Below are positions 17,914-27,456 of a DNA stretch of 64,000 nucleotides, one piece after another. Within the stretch, counting starts at the first letter, position 1. Each line of letters starts with the position of its first letter. Below the pieces are notes generated by a model, which worked only from the letters and a program-made list of their open reading frames with translations, had not been told where the DNA came from and made no database searches. The DNA is from an uncultured Eubacteriales bacterium (lineage in GTDB: Bacteria > Bacillota > Clostridia > Oscillospirales > CAG-272): the NCBI GenBank assembly GCA_934503195.1, contig CAKSVM010000003.1:10267-74266 (forward strand). The letters run 5' to 3'. The translations under genes were made by a program, and so were the position numbers.

Positions 17914-18750
17914 ATGAATTACGTTCATATGCTCGGCAATCTCGATGCGATTGTCGACGAAGACAGCTCTCATCGTCCCTTTTATATCAATGAAATCGGG
18001 CATTCTTCCCCGTCCGCCGGATCCGAATACCACAACATCCTCTCGTCCGTCTACGCGATTCACTTCGTCGTCGCCGGACGCGGAACATATAATTTTCAGA
18101 ACATCGACAACACGAAGGGATTCCTCATCGTCCCCGCCGAGCCGTATCATTTCGTCTTCGACAAAACCGACCCGTGGGAACATTACTGGATCGGCCTGCG
18201 CGGCCGCCTAGCGGGATCCACACTCGCCGAGCTTGGGATGCCAACGAAAAATCACGTTTTCGACTGCGATTGGTTTGACGAATTCATCCCCGAATTCCGG
18301 CGGATGATCTTCAAAAATCACGGCCGCAGCGACCCGCGCCTGCTGATGCTGAGCTTATTTTACCGCGTAATGGCGGCCTATTCGGGTCAGAAAACGACGC
18401 GCGCGGCCGAAAATCGTCCCGACCGCTACGCGATCGCCGCGAAACGCTTCATCGAAACCTCCTACGCCGACGATCTGAGCGTCGCCGACATCGCGCGCTA
18501 CGTCAGCGTTTCGCCGAAATATCTGGAAAAGCTTTTTCGTCAGAAATTCGGCGTCGCACCGAAGACATACATAGCCGAAACGCGCATCCGCGCCGCGAAG
18601 CTTCTGCTCGAATCAACCGAGCTTTCGGTGACCGAAATCGCGCATTCGGTCGGTTTTTCCGAACAGACCTACTTCTCAAACGTCTTCCGCGGGAGCGTCG
18701 GACTCTCGCCGTCGGCCTACCGGAAGGCCAGAAATGTAAATATTATGTAA
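17914..18750 (+). CDS. AraC/XylS family regulator, no. 2
   Basis: Cupin-like N-terminus and a C-terminal AraC HTH (YLEKLFRQKFGVAPKTYI...GFSEQTYFSNVFRGSVGLSPSAYR). GGAGG RBS. Confidence 0.85.
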   Translation: MNYVHMLGNLDAIVDEDSSHRPFYINEIGHSSPSAGSEYHNILSSVYAIHFVVAGRGTYNFQNIDNTKGFLIVPAEPYHFVFDKTDPWEHYWIGLRGRLAGSTLAELGMPTKNHVFDCDWFDEFIPEFRRMIFKNHGRSDPRLLMLSLFYRVMAAYSGQKTTRAAENRPDRYAIAAKRFIETSYADDLSVADIARYVSVSPKYLEKLFRQKFGVAPKTYIAETRIRAAKLLLESTELSVTEIAHSVGFSEQTYFSNVFRGSVGLSPSAYRKARNVNIM

Positions 18751-18765
18751 ATTTGTTCTATCCTC

Positions 18766-18794
18766 TTGACGCGGAGACCAATCTGCGCTATAAT
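18766..18794 (+). promoter_or_regulatory. Promoter of yhaM
   Basis: TTGACG, 17 nt, TATAAT. Confidence 0.6.
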
Positions 18795-18823
18795 ATAGGG
18801 AAGAAAAATTTCAGGAGTACAAA

Positions 18824-19783
18824 ATGCTTTATAATGTGTTAATAGAAGATTTAACAAATGGCAATGAAATCGAGGGCTTCTATCTGCTAAAGGACGCCGT
18901 GATCAAGACTTCGGCATCCGGAAAATCCTTTCTCGCCGGAACGATCTCTGACATGAGCGGCTCGATTGATATTAAGGTCTGGGATTATTCCGGCCCGATC
19001 GGCGCGGATCAGACCTTCAACGGAAAAGTAATCAAAATCCGCGGCACTGTTTCGGAATTCAAGGGGAATCTTCAGGTGATTGTGACCAATATTCGTCTTG
19101 CCGCGTCGACCGATACATACGATCTGACAAAACTTGTCCAGACCGCGCCGATCGACCGCGATAAACGAATTGAAGAAGTCGTTTCGTTCATCGACTCAAT
19201 TACCGATCCCGACTACAAAAAGCTCGCCTCTACGATTTTTGAACGTCATCGTGAGCAGTTCACATCGGTTCCGGCCGCGAAATCGATGCACCACAGCTTC
19301 ATTTCGGGACTTTTGATGCACACGTCGAATATGCTCCGCGCCGCCGATTTCCTCGCCGACCTATACTACGAGGTCATCGACCGCAGCCTTCTGATGGCCG
19401 GAACGCTCCTCCACGACGTCGCGAAGATCTACGAGTTCAGTTTTTCTGATCTTGGACTCGTAAAGGACTATTCTACAAAAGGCCAACTTCTTGGTCATCT
19501 CGTTATGGGCGCGAACGAAGTCGCTGAAACCGCCAAAGAACTTGAAATTCCGGAGGAAAAATCGGTGCTTTTGCAGCATTTGCTGCTCTCGCACCACGGC
19601 GAACCCGAATTCGGCGCGGCAGTCAGACCGATGTGCGCCGAGGCTGAGTTGCTCTCATACATCGACAACATCGACTCGCGAATGGAAATCTACGCCGAAA
19701 ATCTCCCTGACGTCCCGGTCGGTGGATTCAGCCAGCGGATCATCGCGCTCGACAAAAAGATACATAACCACGGGCTATCGTAA
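18824..19783 (+). CDS. yhaM: 3'-5' exoribonuclease YhaM (OB-fold + HD domain)
   Basis: N-terminal OB-fold (GKVIKIRGTVSEFKGNLQV) and HD domain (LLMHT...LLHDVAKI...LSHHG). Confidence 0.85.
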   Translation: MLYNVLIEDLTNGNEIEGFYLLKDAVIKTSASGKSFLAGTISDMSGSIDIKVWDYSGPIGADQTFNGKVIKIRGTVSEFKGNLQVIVTNIRLAASTDTYDLTKLVQTAPIDRDKRIEEVVSFIDSITDPDYKKLASTIFERHREQFTSVPAAKSMHHSFISGLLMHTSNMLRAADFLADLYYEVIDRSLLMAGTLLHDVAKIYEFSFSDLGLVKDYSTKGQLLGHLVMGANEVAETAKELEIPEEKSVLLQHLLLSHHGEPEFGAAVRPMCAEAELLSYIDNIDSRMEIYAENLPDVPVGGFSQRIIALDKKIHNHGLS

Positions 19784-19784
19784 C

Positions 19785-19814
19785 AAAAAATCCTCTCGAA
19801 AGAGAGGATTTTTT
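19785..19814. terminator. Bidirectional terminator between yhaM and the GH38-like gene
   Basis: A6-TCCTCTC-gaaa-GAGAGGA-T6. Confidence 0.75.
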
Positions 19815-19831
19815 GTTGATTTAAGAGATTT

Positions 19832-21706
19832 TTACTTCAGAATGAATCTGAAACGCGCGTCCTCGTCGTACCAGAACGGGAAATTCGTGTTCCACTGGTT
19901 GTCGTAGAGGCAGAATCTGAGGTCGTCGCCCTCGCGCGGAAGGCGGTTCGGGTAGTTCCAGAGTCCGCCGCCGAAGGTCAGGAGCGCGCAGTCGAGCGAT
20001 TCGATTTCAAGCCCGCCGACCCGCGCGCCGTAATCGGTTCCGTGGAAAACGCGTCCGCCGTTCCGCACGACGTCGCGCGGATCGACCCAGATTCCGAGCT
20101 TCCGCACTGAAATTTCGCCTTCGCCGCCGTCAAAATTCAGCCACATTCCCTCGGGAATCCGCGACGCCGGCTTGTCGTACCACGCGAAATCAGCGGCGAG
20201 CGAATCGCCCAGAGGCGTCAGTTTCAGCGTAAAGCGCGCCGGACAGCCGTATTTTTCGTGCAGCTCCGGCTCCGGAGACATATGGCAGACGACCGATTCA
20301 CCAAGTCTGTAAAGCTTATCGACGTGAATTCCCGTCAATATGTGCGGATTTGGCGATTCGTCAAGGCCGAGTTTTGTAAAATCGTCATAACCCCACTGAA
20401 TTTTCTGGCGGAAATACTGCTCGCCAAACCGCATCGTGTCGGCGTGACTGAAGACCTCATATTCGAAGCGGAAGAGCCGCCGCCATATTTCGCAGATCGG
20501 CGAACCATGCTTTCCGAGACCGATGACCGCGCCGTCGTTGCCAATCGTCAGCCGGAAATCGCCGAGTCCGAAGGGCTTTCCGACCTCGATCCGGTTGACC
20601 GTCACGGGCGGAAGCGTCGATTTCCACTCCTTCGTCAGATTCGACGCGCGGACGTCGAAGTCGGCGTCGAGCTGCGAAGCTGCCGCGTTTATGTAGTCGC
20701 GCTGCTCGCGCCACGAAAGCTCGCACTTGTCGTATTTTCCGCTCTTTCTCGCGAGTTCGAAATCCTCGCGGCGATAATTTCCGTCATCATTTATGTATTT
20801 TTTTCCGCAAAGCCCGCAGGTATGCTCGGCGACCTTGAGAAGCTCGGAATAGACAATTTCGCGCTGACTCTTCGGAAGCTCAGCCGCGTATCTGAGCATC
20901 GCGCGGTAGGCCATCTGCTTTCGCGGATCGGCTTGATATCCATGCGCCCAGCTGTCGCCGATTTCACTGTCAATCACGGGCAGCGCGGGATTTGCTTTCA
21001 ACAGAATCTCCGCGACCTCGTTGAGATTCGTCGAACGGATCTTCGCTCCCGGATATTTCGCGTGAAGATCGTCATAAAACGCCTTGATATCCTCAGGCGT
21101 CTGCGGGCCGAGATTGTCTCCGGTCATCGCGAAACATAGTATTTTATCGGTTCCGGGGAGCTCGGTTATGCCGCCGTAGCTCTTGTCGTAGATTACGATT
21201 ATGTCGCTGTCTCCGCACCGCCATCTGAAAATCGGCGGCACATCCGGGAGTGCGCTGACGCCGTTGACGCCGATGTGGACGAGCTTTACCCCTGCCTTCG
21301 CAAGGAGCGGAACCGCCGCTTTTGTGAATCCCGGGACGTCGGTCGACTTCGCGGCGATTGTTTTCTTTCCGAACCGTTCGTCGAGTTTTTTCGAAATGCT
21401 CAGCCCGTACTCGTAGAGCGGCGCGTCGGCCATTTCGACGTGCATCGTGAAGGGCAGCGCGTGCCACGCGATCAGCCCGTCGGCGATCGCTTTTTCCATC
21501 CGCGCGGCGTCCGGCGACTTTTCGAGGAAGCGCGCGATCAGCCATGATCCGGTAGTCCAGACAAAATTTTCCTCCTCATCGCGCATTTCTTCGGCGAGAT
21601 CGAGCGCGTGCGGGATGAATTCCTCCATGTAACGCCGCTCTACAACTGACGCGAAATCGGTATAACCGAGGTCAAGGTGGGTTTTGAAGATTACAAGAAT
21701 TTCCAT
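19832..21706 (-). CDS. GH38-N-terminal-like (DUF5054-type) putative glycoside hydrolase
   Basis: 624 aa starting MEILVIFKTHLDLGYTD, the metal-binding H-x-D start seen in GH38-like/DUF5054 proteins. Family assignment is from memory. Confidence 0.45.
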   Translation of the reverse strand: MEILVIFKTHLDLGYTDFASVVERRYMEEFIPHALDLAEEMRDEEENFVWTTGSWLIARFLEKSPDAARMEKAIADGLIAWHALPFTMHVEMADAPLYEYGLSISKKLDERFGKKTIAAKSTDVPGFTKAAVPLLAKAGVKLVHIGVNGVSALPDVPPIFRWRCGDSDIIVIYDKSYGGITELPGTDKILCFAMTGDNLGPQTPEDIKAFYDDLHAKYPGAKIRSTNLNEVAEILLKANPALPVIDSEIGDSWAHGYQADPRKQMAYRAMLRYAAELPKSQREIVYSELLKVAEHTCGLCGKKYINDDGNYRREDFELARKSGKYDKCELSWREQRDYINAAASQLDADFDVRASNLTKEWKSTLPPVTVNRIEVGKPFGLGDFRLTIGNDGAVIGLGKHGSPICEIWRRLFRFEYEVFSHADTMRFGEQYFRQKIQWGYDDFTKLGLDESPNPHILTGIHVDKLYRLGESVVCHMSPEPELHEKYGCPARFTLKLTPLGDSLAADFAWYDKPASRIPEGMWLNFDGGEGEISVRKLGIWVDPRDVVRNGGRVFHGTDYGARVGGLEIESLDCALLTFGGGLWNYPNRLPREGDDLRFCLYDNQWNTNFPFWYDEDARFRFILK

Positions 21707-21734
21707 TTATAACTCCTTTTTATTCGTTTTCTTC

Positions 21735-21763
21735 ATTATATCATATCGCGCCGGAATTTGCAA
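21735..21763 (-). promoter_or_regulatory. Promoter of the GH38-like gene
   Basis: Minus strand: TTGCAA, 17 nt, TGaTATAAT. Confidence 0.6.
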
Positions 21764-21844
21764 TGAACTTTTCGAATTTTTCGCTGTAATAATCGAATTT
21801 CCGTGAAAATTTTACAATAGGTTCACAATTTGAATCATATGATA

Positions 21845-21853
21845 TGCTATAAT
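21845..21853 (+). promoter_or_regulatory. Extended -10 promoter element of the MscS gene
   Basis: TGcTATAAT; no good -35. Confidence 0.45.
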
Positions 21854-21883
21854 GGAGTCATTAAATTATCAGGAGATGTTATT

Positions 21884-22711
21884 TTGGACTGGGAAAAGGT
21901 ACTTCAGGAAATTATCAATTGGCTTACGACCGCGGGCGTAAAAGCCGTCATCGCGCTCATTCTGCTCGTGATTTCGTTCAAAATCATCAATACGGTCGCG
22001 AAAAAAGTCGAAAAAGCCTGTGAAAAACGCTGTGCCACGAACTCGAAATTTGACAAAACCCTCACCCGCACGCTCGGAAACGTAACGAAGATCGGCCTCA
22101 AAATCGTCGTCTGCGCGGCGATCGTCGGCTACCTCGGACTCGACACGAGCGGAATCACCGCGCTCATCGCGTCGCTCGGCGTCGGCGTCGGCCTCGCGGT
22201 CAACGGAACGATGTCAAACCTCGCCGGCGGCGTGCTTCTACTCTTCACGCGCCCCTTCAAGGACGACGATTTCATCGAGGCCTGCGGTTATTCAGGAACT
22301 GTAGAGGACATTTTCATCTGCAACACGAAGATCATCACGCCCGATAACAAGGTAGTTTACATACCGAACGGCAAACTTTCGACGAGCGAAGTCGTAAACT
22401 ATTCCGAAAAGCCGATAAGACGAGTCGATCTCACTTTCTCGGTCTCGTATTCGACTGATTTCGAAGCGGCAAAATCGGTCATTCTCCAGCTCTGCGACAA
22501 GCATGACCTCGTGCTGAAGGATCCCGCGCCGACAATCCGCGTCAGCGCGCATTCGGCAAGCAGCATCGACATCGTCACGCGCGCTTGGTGCAACAACGCC
22601 GATTATTGGACGGTCTATTTCGACCTTCTCGAAGCCGTCAAGAAGGCCTTCGACAAAGCCGGCATCGAAATTCCCTTCAATCAGCTCGACGTACACGTCA
22701 AGAACGACTGA
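21884..22711 (+). CDS. MscS-family mechanosensitive channel
   Basis: Three N-terminal TM helices, then the MscS beta-domain (GTVEDIFICNTKIITPDNKVVYIPNG). TTG start at 21884 chosen because the TGcTATAAT -10 (21845-21853) lies inside the track ORF and AGGAG sits 8 nt upstream. Confidence 0.8.
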   Translation: MDWEKVLQEIINWLTTAGVKAVIALILLVISFKIINTVAKKVEKACEKRCATNSKFDKTLTRTLGNVTKIGLKIVVCAAIVGYLGLDTSGITALIASLGVGVGLAVNGTMSNLAGGVLLLFTRPFKDDDFIEACGYSGTVEDIFICNTKIITPDNKVVYIPNGKLSTSEVVNYSEKPIRRVDLTFSVSYSTDFEAAKSVILQLCDKHDLVLKDPAPTIRVSAHSASSIDIVTRAWCNNADYWTVYFDLLEAVKKAFDKAGIEIPFNQLDVHVKND

Positions 22712-22728
22712 AATTTCATTTGAATATA

Positions 22729-22757
22729 CAAAAATCCCGCAATTTGCGGGATTTTTG
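22729..22757. terminator. Bidirectional terminator between MscS and the NTase-fold gene
   Basis: A5-TCCCGC-aattt-GCGGGA-T5. Confidence 0.7.
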
Positions 22758-22761
22758 TTGT

Positions 22762-23964
22762 CTATTTTATTATTCCGTAAACCTTCATCAGAGCCTTGCG
22801 CTTTTTCGCCACCGACAAGCTTTCGGACGCCGAACTGTTCTTCGTCCGAAGCTCGGCCGCGTACGAGATCAGACGATGTGCCCAGCCAACCGGAAGCAGA
22901 ATCGGATACGCCTTCACATAGCGATATTTCCCTGACATATATTCAAAGTTTGGGAATAAACTTTTTACAATTCCGGGGTTTTCGCCCGTCCGCTCAGCGC
23001 GAACCGCCGTCAGCACCGCCGTCGACGAATGCAGACGCGAAAGCGAATCCGCACCGTAAACGCCGCCCTCGAACATATCATCGAGCATCGGCAGTTCGTC
23101 GGCTTCGTCAACCATTTTCTGCCATACGCGCGGCAGATCGAATTCAAATCCGAGCCTTGTCGTCGCGATTCTGAACTGCGCCGCCGCGAACTTGTCCGCG
23201 CGAACCGACGAAAGCTGACTTAAGAGCAGTTCCCAGTCGATTTCGGCCGCGTATTCCCGCCCCCAGAACGCGATGTCGCAGGTCTGGCGGATTCCGACTC
23301 CGCAGTAAAGAAAATGCTTGAACGAATGAAGTATTAAATAAAGCATATGCTCATGCGCCGGCAACGAGAAAATTCCGCCGATTTCGCGGCGTTTTTTGTG
23401 AATATCCACAAAAAATCTGTTAAAATCCTCGGGCGCGCCTTCGCTCGAATCGAAAAGCGAGCGGTGAAGTTCGACATAAAGGAACTCATTTTTGTAGGTC
23501 ATCTCGTCCGCGACCTCGTTTTCGGGAATTTCCCCGGCGAGTCCGGCCTCGACAAGCACCGAACGGCATTCGGCAAGCTCGTCGTCCGAGACGAAAATAT
23601 CGTCGTCCGCGCTCACGCGATGATCCGGCATCGGATACAAACGACTGCAAAGCCGCCCCTTCACGACGAGCGGATGCAGATTTTTTTCGCGAAATTTCGC
23701 GTAAAGCCGCTCAAAATCGACGCTTTTCGCAGTCTGACGGACGACTGCCGCGATAGTTCGCTTCTTCAAATATTCAAATAACGCCTTTTCCGCGATCAGC
23801 GACTCGTTTTTCCGGACCGACTCAAAGATTATCGGCAGCAAAAGCTGGCTGTCGGCGAGCGAAAAAATCGCTTTCCACTCCTCGACGGAGAATTTTTCCG
23901 TGTATTCGCCGCCGTGCAGCGCATATTGTAAAATATTTATGAACGTCTCATCTGTGCGAGTCAT
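22762..23964 (-). CDS. Uncharacterised nucleotidyltransferase-fold protein (NTP_transf_5-like)
   Basis: 400 aa. Pattern VVKG...SADDDIFV (G-x / D-x-D of the pol-beta NTase fold). Own promoter and terminator, with no partner gene. Confidence 0.45.
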   Translation of the reverse strand: MTRTDETFINILQYALHGGEYTEKFSVEEWKAIFSLADSQLLLPIIFESVRKNESLIAEKALFEYLKKRTIAAVVRQTAKSVDFERLYAKFREKNLHPLVVKGRLCSRLYPMPDHRVSADDDIFVSDDELAECRSVLVEAGLAGEIPENEVADEMTYKNEFLYVELHRSLFDSSEGAPEDFNRFFVDIHKKRREIGGIFSLPAHEHMLYLILHSFKHFLYCGVGIRQTCDIAFWGREYAAEIDWELLLSQLSSVRADKFAAAQFRIATTRLGFEFDLPRVWQKMVDEADELPMLDDMFEGGVYGADSLSRLHSSTAVLTAVRAERTGENPGIVKSLFPNFEYMSGKYRYVKAYPILLPVGWAHRLISYAAELRTKNSSASESLSVAKKRKALMKVYGIIK

Positions 23965-23993
23965 GTGCGTCCCCCCTTACAAAAACTACTTTT

Positions 23994-24022
23994 ATTATAA
24001 CATATTTGTCGCGGGAATGCAA
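23994..24022 (-). promoter_or_regulatory. Promoter of the NTase-fold gene
   Basis: Minus strand: TTGCAT, 17 nt, TGtTATAAT. Confidence 0.55.
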
Positions 24023-24044
24023 GACTTTCAGAGAAAAAAATAAG

Positions 24045-24848
24045 TCAATCGGATTTTTTCGCCCTCAGACGCTCTCCCGAAGGCGGTTCTCCGAACCTTT
24101 TCTTGTACATTTTGGAAAAATTCGCCACATCAGTGTACCCGGTCAGCTCTGCCGCGCGCGCTACATTGAAGCCGGAACGCAGAAACCGCCTAGCGTTGTC
24201 CAGTTTTACATTGGTAATATATTCCTTCACGCTGCAACCGTTTTCGCTCTTAAAAACCTCGACGAGATAATGGCGGTCGATGTGCAGTGCCTCGGCGAGC
24301 TGCTCGACCGAAATTTTACGATAGTAGTACTGATTTATGTAATTCCGCGCCCGCTCGGCGTACTCGCGCCCCTTCGGCATCCTCGAAATGCTCCGCCGCT
24401 TCGACCAGAGCGATGAAAGCAGCAGAAACGCCTTTCCGGCCAGAAATTCCTCGCGGCCGATCGAAAATTCGCGGCAATCGAGCATCGTTGTGAAGAGATT
24501 AGGATCGTCGATCGGCACAACGTCTCCGAATTCGCCGAATCGCGCCGCGAGTTCGCCCGTCATACCTATCCAGATGTAGTACCACGGGTCGTCGACGTCG
24601 GCGATGTACTCGGTTTCCTCGCCCGGGCGGATCACGAAACAGTTCCCGGCGGCGATTTCGTACTTCCCGCGCGGGCATTCGTAGGTACCCTTCCCCGAAA
24701 AAACGTAGTGGATCAGCCAGCAATTTCGCACGCGCTTTGTAGAAATATGCCCCGGCAGGCAGGCTTCGTCGCCGCACCTGACCGGATTCAGGTCGCGGAA
24801 TCCGCGGTCAGCGAGCGGAATCTCGCGCGTTACAATTGTCACGTCCAT
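24045..24848 (-). CDS. AraC/XylS family regulator, no. 3
   Basis: Cupin N-terminus and AraC HTH (GCSVKEYITNVKLDNARRFL...GYTDVANFSKMYKKRFGEPP). Confidence 0.85.
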   Translation of the reverse strand: MDVTIVTREIPLADRGFRDLNPVRCGDEACLPGHISTKRVRNCWLIHYVFSGKGTYECPRGKYEIAAGNCFVIRPGEETEYIADVDDPWYYIWIGMTGELAARFGEFGDVVPIDDPNLFTTMLDCREFSIGREEFLAGKAFLLLSSLWSKRRSISRMPKGREYAERARNYINQYYYRKISVEQLAEALHIDRHYLVEVFKSENGCSVKEYITNVKLDNARRFLRSGFNVARAAELTGYTDVANFSKMYKKRFGEPPSGERLRAKKSD

Positions 24849-24869
24849 ATTCTCACCTTCTTTACTTAC

Positions 24870-24878
24870 ATTATACCA
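24870..24878 (-). promoter_or_regulatory. Extended -10 element of AraC no. 3
   Basis: Minus strand: TGgTATAAT. Confidence 0.45.
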
Positions 24879-24899
24879 TAAAAAGCTTACATTTTGCTA

Positions 24900-24928
24900 T
24901 TGACATTTCGCACAAATCGTGATATAAT
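24900..24928 (+). promoter_or_regulatory. Promoter of SBP paralog 3
   Basis: TTGACA, 17 nt, TGaTATAAT. Confidence 0.65.
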
Positions 24929-24985
24929 AATCAAGTAAGATTCTCCGCTGCATCAAAATTTCACAAAAAGGAACAGGTTAAAGAA

Positions 24986-26422
24986 ATGAAACGCACAACT
25001 TCCACAGCACTTCTCCTCTTGTTCGCGCTCCTCGCTTCCTCCTGCGGCACGCCCGAAAATCAGCCTCCTGCCGAAACTTCCGGCGATCAGACGTCGACCG
25101 ACACACCCGAAATCGCCGAATCGCTCGGTCTCCCGTCCGATTTGAACTACGGTGACGCCGAATTCACCTTTCTTACCCGCGATCCCGCCAAAATGACATG
25201 GGTCTACCCGCAGCTCGACGTCGAAACCTCGACCGGAGACGTCCTGAACGACGCGATTTATTCGCGAAACCGCCGCGTCGAAGAGCTTCTGAAGGTCAAA
25301 ATCAGCGGCGTCGAGGACGACGCCTATGAAACGACCGTCAAAAACATGATTCTCGCCGGAGACGACACGTACGACATCATTCAGTTGAACGACCGCGACG
25401 GCTTGTCGTTCGCACAGGAGGGATTGGTTTATTCAATAAGCGATCTGAAATACGTCGATCTCGACAAGCCGTGGTGGAGTCAAACGCTGAATTCCGCGCT
25501 TTCGATCGGAAACAAACAGTATTTTGCGTACGGCGACTACAATCTGACGACCTACGATTACACGCACGTGCTGGTTTTTAACAAAGACGTCGCTGAAAAG
25601 TATTCACTCGGTAATATTTACGACACAGTTTTTGAAGGCAAGTGGACCTTCGATACATATGCCGAGCTTTCGAAAAAGACGACGCATGACCTCAACGGCG
25701 ACAGCAAAATGGATGAAAATGACATTTACGGGCTTATTTCACAGCCGAAACACGTCCTTCCCTGCTTCTGGATCGGCGCGGGAGTCGAATCCGTCGCGAA
25801 AAATTCAGACGACATCCCGGTTTTTGACCTCGACAAGAACGAAAAGTTCCGGAGTGTCATCGAAAAAATCTTCGGAATCACGTGGGACGACGGCAGTTGG
25901 TGCAACGTCGAAGGTATGTCGACCGCGCTGTTCGAGTCCGGCCACTCGCTCTTCATGGACACGAGCTTCAATCTCGTTTCGAGACTGCGCGACATGGATT
26001 CCGACTTCGGAATCATCCCCTACCCGAAGTTCGACGAGTCGCAAACAAACTACTATTCGCGCGTCGAGGGCGGAATGGTGACGATTATTCCCAAAACAAA
26101 CGATAAACTCGACATGACCGGAGCCGTTCTTGAGGCTCTCGCGTACGAATCGCGTCAGCTCGTGATCCCGGCCTACTACGACATCGCGCTGAAGGGCAAG
26201 TACGCGCGCGACCCCGAGTCGATCGAGATGCTCGACCTGATCTTCGCCGGGCGAATCTACGACCTCGGCGACACGTATTGGTGTGCGGTTCTGCGCGACG
26301 GAATCTTTCAGGATATGTTCAAAACGAACAACCGCGATTATTCGTCAATCGTCGCAGGCGTGAAGCCGAAGATCGAAAGCGAGATTCAGAAGACGGTCGA
26401 GGCCTTCGCCGCGCTCAAATAA
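24986..26422 (+). CDS. Extracellular solute-binding-type lipoprotein, paralog 3
   Basis: Lipobox LLASSC|GT. Blocks DTYDI, DKPWW, DLNGDSKMDEND, FGIIPYPKFDESQTNYYS, KYARDPES. Confidence 0.8.
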   Translation: MKRTTSTALLLLFALLASSCGTPENQPPAETSGDQTSTDTPEIAESLGLPSDLNYGDAEFTFLTRDPAKMTWVYPQLDVETSTGDVLNDAIYSRNRRVEELLKVKISGVEDDAYETTVKNMILAGDDTYDIIQLNDRDGLSFAQEGLVYSISDLKYVDLDKPWWSQTLNSALSIGNKQYFAYGDYNLTTYDYTHVLVFNKDVAEKYSLGNIYDTVFEGKWTFDTYAELSKKTTHDLNGDSKMDENDIYGLISQPKHVLPCFWIGAGVESVAKNSDDIPVFDLDKNEKFRSVIEKIFGITWDDGSWCNVEGMSTALFESGHSLFMDTSFNLVSRLRDMDSDFGIIPYPKFDESQTNYYSRVEGGMVTIIPKTNDKLDMTGAVLEALAYESRQLVIPAYYDIALKGKYARDPESIEMLDLIFAGRIYDLGDTYWCAVLRDGIFQDMFKTNNRDYSSIVAGVKPKIESEIQKTVEAFAALK

Positions 26423-26437
26423 TTTCGTATACAGTTA

Positions 26438-26468
26438 CAAAAAAACGCCGCGTAAAGCGGCGTTTTTG
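26438..26468. terminator. Bidirectional terminator between SBP paralog 3 and AraC no. 4
   Basis: A7-CGCCGC-gtaaa-GCGGCG-T5. Confidence 0.7.
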
Positions 26469-27347
26469 TCATTTCATCCGATTTTCATCCAGCATATCGC
26501 GCGTCAGCTTGCGGAACTGACCGGGCGTGACGCCGCACGAATTCTTGAAGCACTTGATAAAATAGCTCGTGTCGGGGATGCCGATTTCAAGTCCGACCTC
26601 AGTGACCGAAAGTCCGCGGCGGTCGAGCAGCAGATTTTCGGCGAGATTGAGCTTGCAGCGCAGGATAAGCTCGTTCGGGGTACAGCCGAGTTCGGCGCGG
26701 AGCTTGTGGCAGAGAAGGCTGTGGCTGATATGCAAAAAATCTGCAATCGCGTAGGGCGAAATGTCCTCGGAGATATGATCCTCGATGCAGCTCTGCACCG
26801 CCGCGAGGAACTCCGAGACGTTCTGATTCTTTTCGCGGTTGTAGAGGCGGTAGATCATGTCGTGTATGCGGAGGATGGAGGCGCGCGCCAAAAGCTCCGA
26901 TTCTGACGTTGTATAGTACTCAAAAAGCCGCTCGAACTCACTTTTTATCTCCGGAAGCAGCTCATCATCCGAAAACAGACAGCGTTTCGGGTCAATTTCG
27001 CCGTCAAACGTCGTCAGAAAGCGTATGTTACGCATCGTCAGTCCCGGCTGATAGATGATTGAGGTCGGATATCTGAGAACATATGTCACATATTTTCCCG
27101 AAAATTCGCTGACAGTTCCGTGTAAAGTGTGCGGTGGAACCACAAGAACCATTCCCGGTTCGGTCACAAGACGCTTTCCGTTTATCTGATAAGCTCTGTG
27201 ATTTTCGACCTGATACGCGATTTCAAACGAGTCGTGCCAATGATCGTCCACCACGTCAAGTTCAAGCGGCATACATTGGCGGTCAATCATATAATCATGC
27301 TTATCCTTATGAACGAAATGTCCTATAAAGCTTGATTTTTCATACAT
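26469..27347 (-). CDS. AraC/XylS family regulator, no. 4
   Basis: Cupin (PPHTLHG) and AraC HTH (LCHKLRAELGCTPNELI...GIPDTSYFIKCFKNSCGVTPGQFR). Confidence 0.85.
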   Translation of the reverse strand: MYEKSSFIGHFVHKDKHDYMIDRQCMPLELDVVDDHWHDSFEIAYQVENHRAYQINGKRLVTEPGMVLVVPPHTLHGTVSEFSGKYVTYVLRYPTSIIYQPGLTMRNIRFLTTFDGEIDPKRCLFSDDELLPEIKSEFERLFEYYTTSESELLARASILRIHDMIYRLYNREKNQNVSEFLAAVQSCIEDHISEDISPYAIADFLHISHSLLCHKLRAELGCTPNELILRCKLNLAENLLLDRRGLSVTEVGLEIGIPDTSYFIKCFKNSCGVTPGQFRKLTRDMLDENRMK

Positions 27348-27389
27348 ACGTAATTTTCCTTCAGATTTGTCGCATTTTCAAACATATAT

Positions 27390-27422
27390 ATTATAGCACA
27401 TTCGAGCAAAAAATGCTATAAT
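27390..27422. promoter_or_regulatory. Back-to-back extended -10 elements of AraC no. 4 (minus) and SBP paralog 4 (plus)
   Basis: Minus strand TGcTATAAT (27390-27398) and plus strand TGcTATAAT (27414-27422). Confidence 0.5.
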
Positions 27423-27456
27423 ATTTTTACAAAATTTACAATTCTGGAGGAAAACC

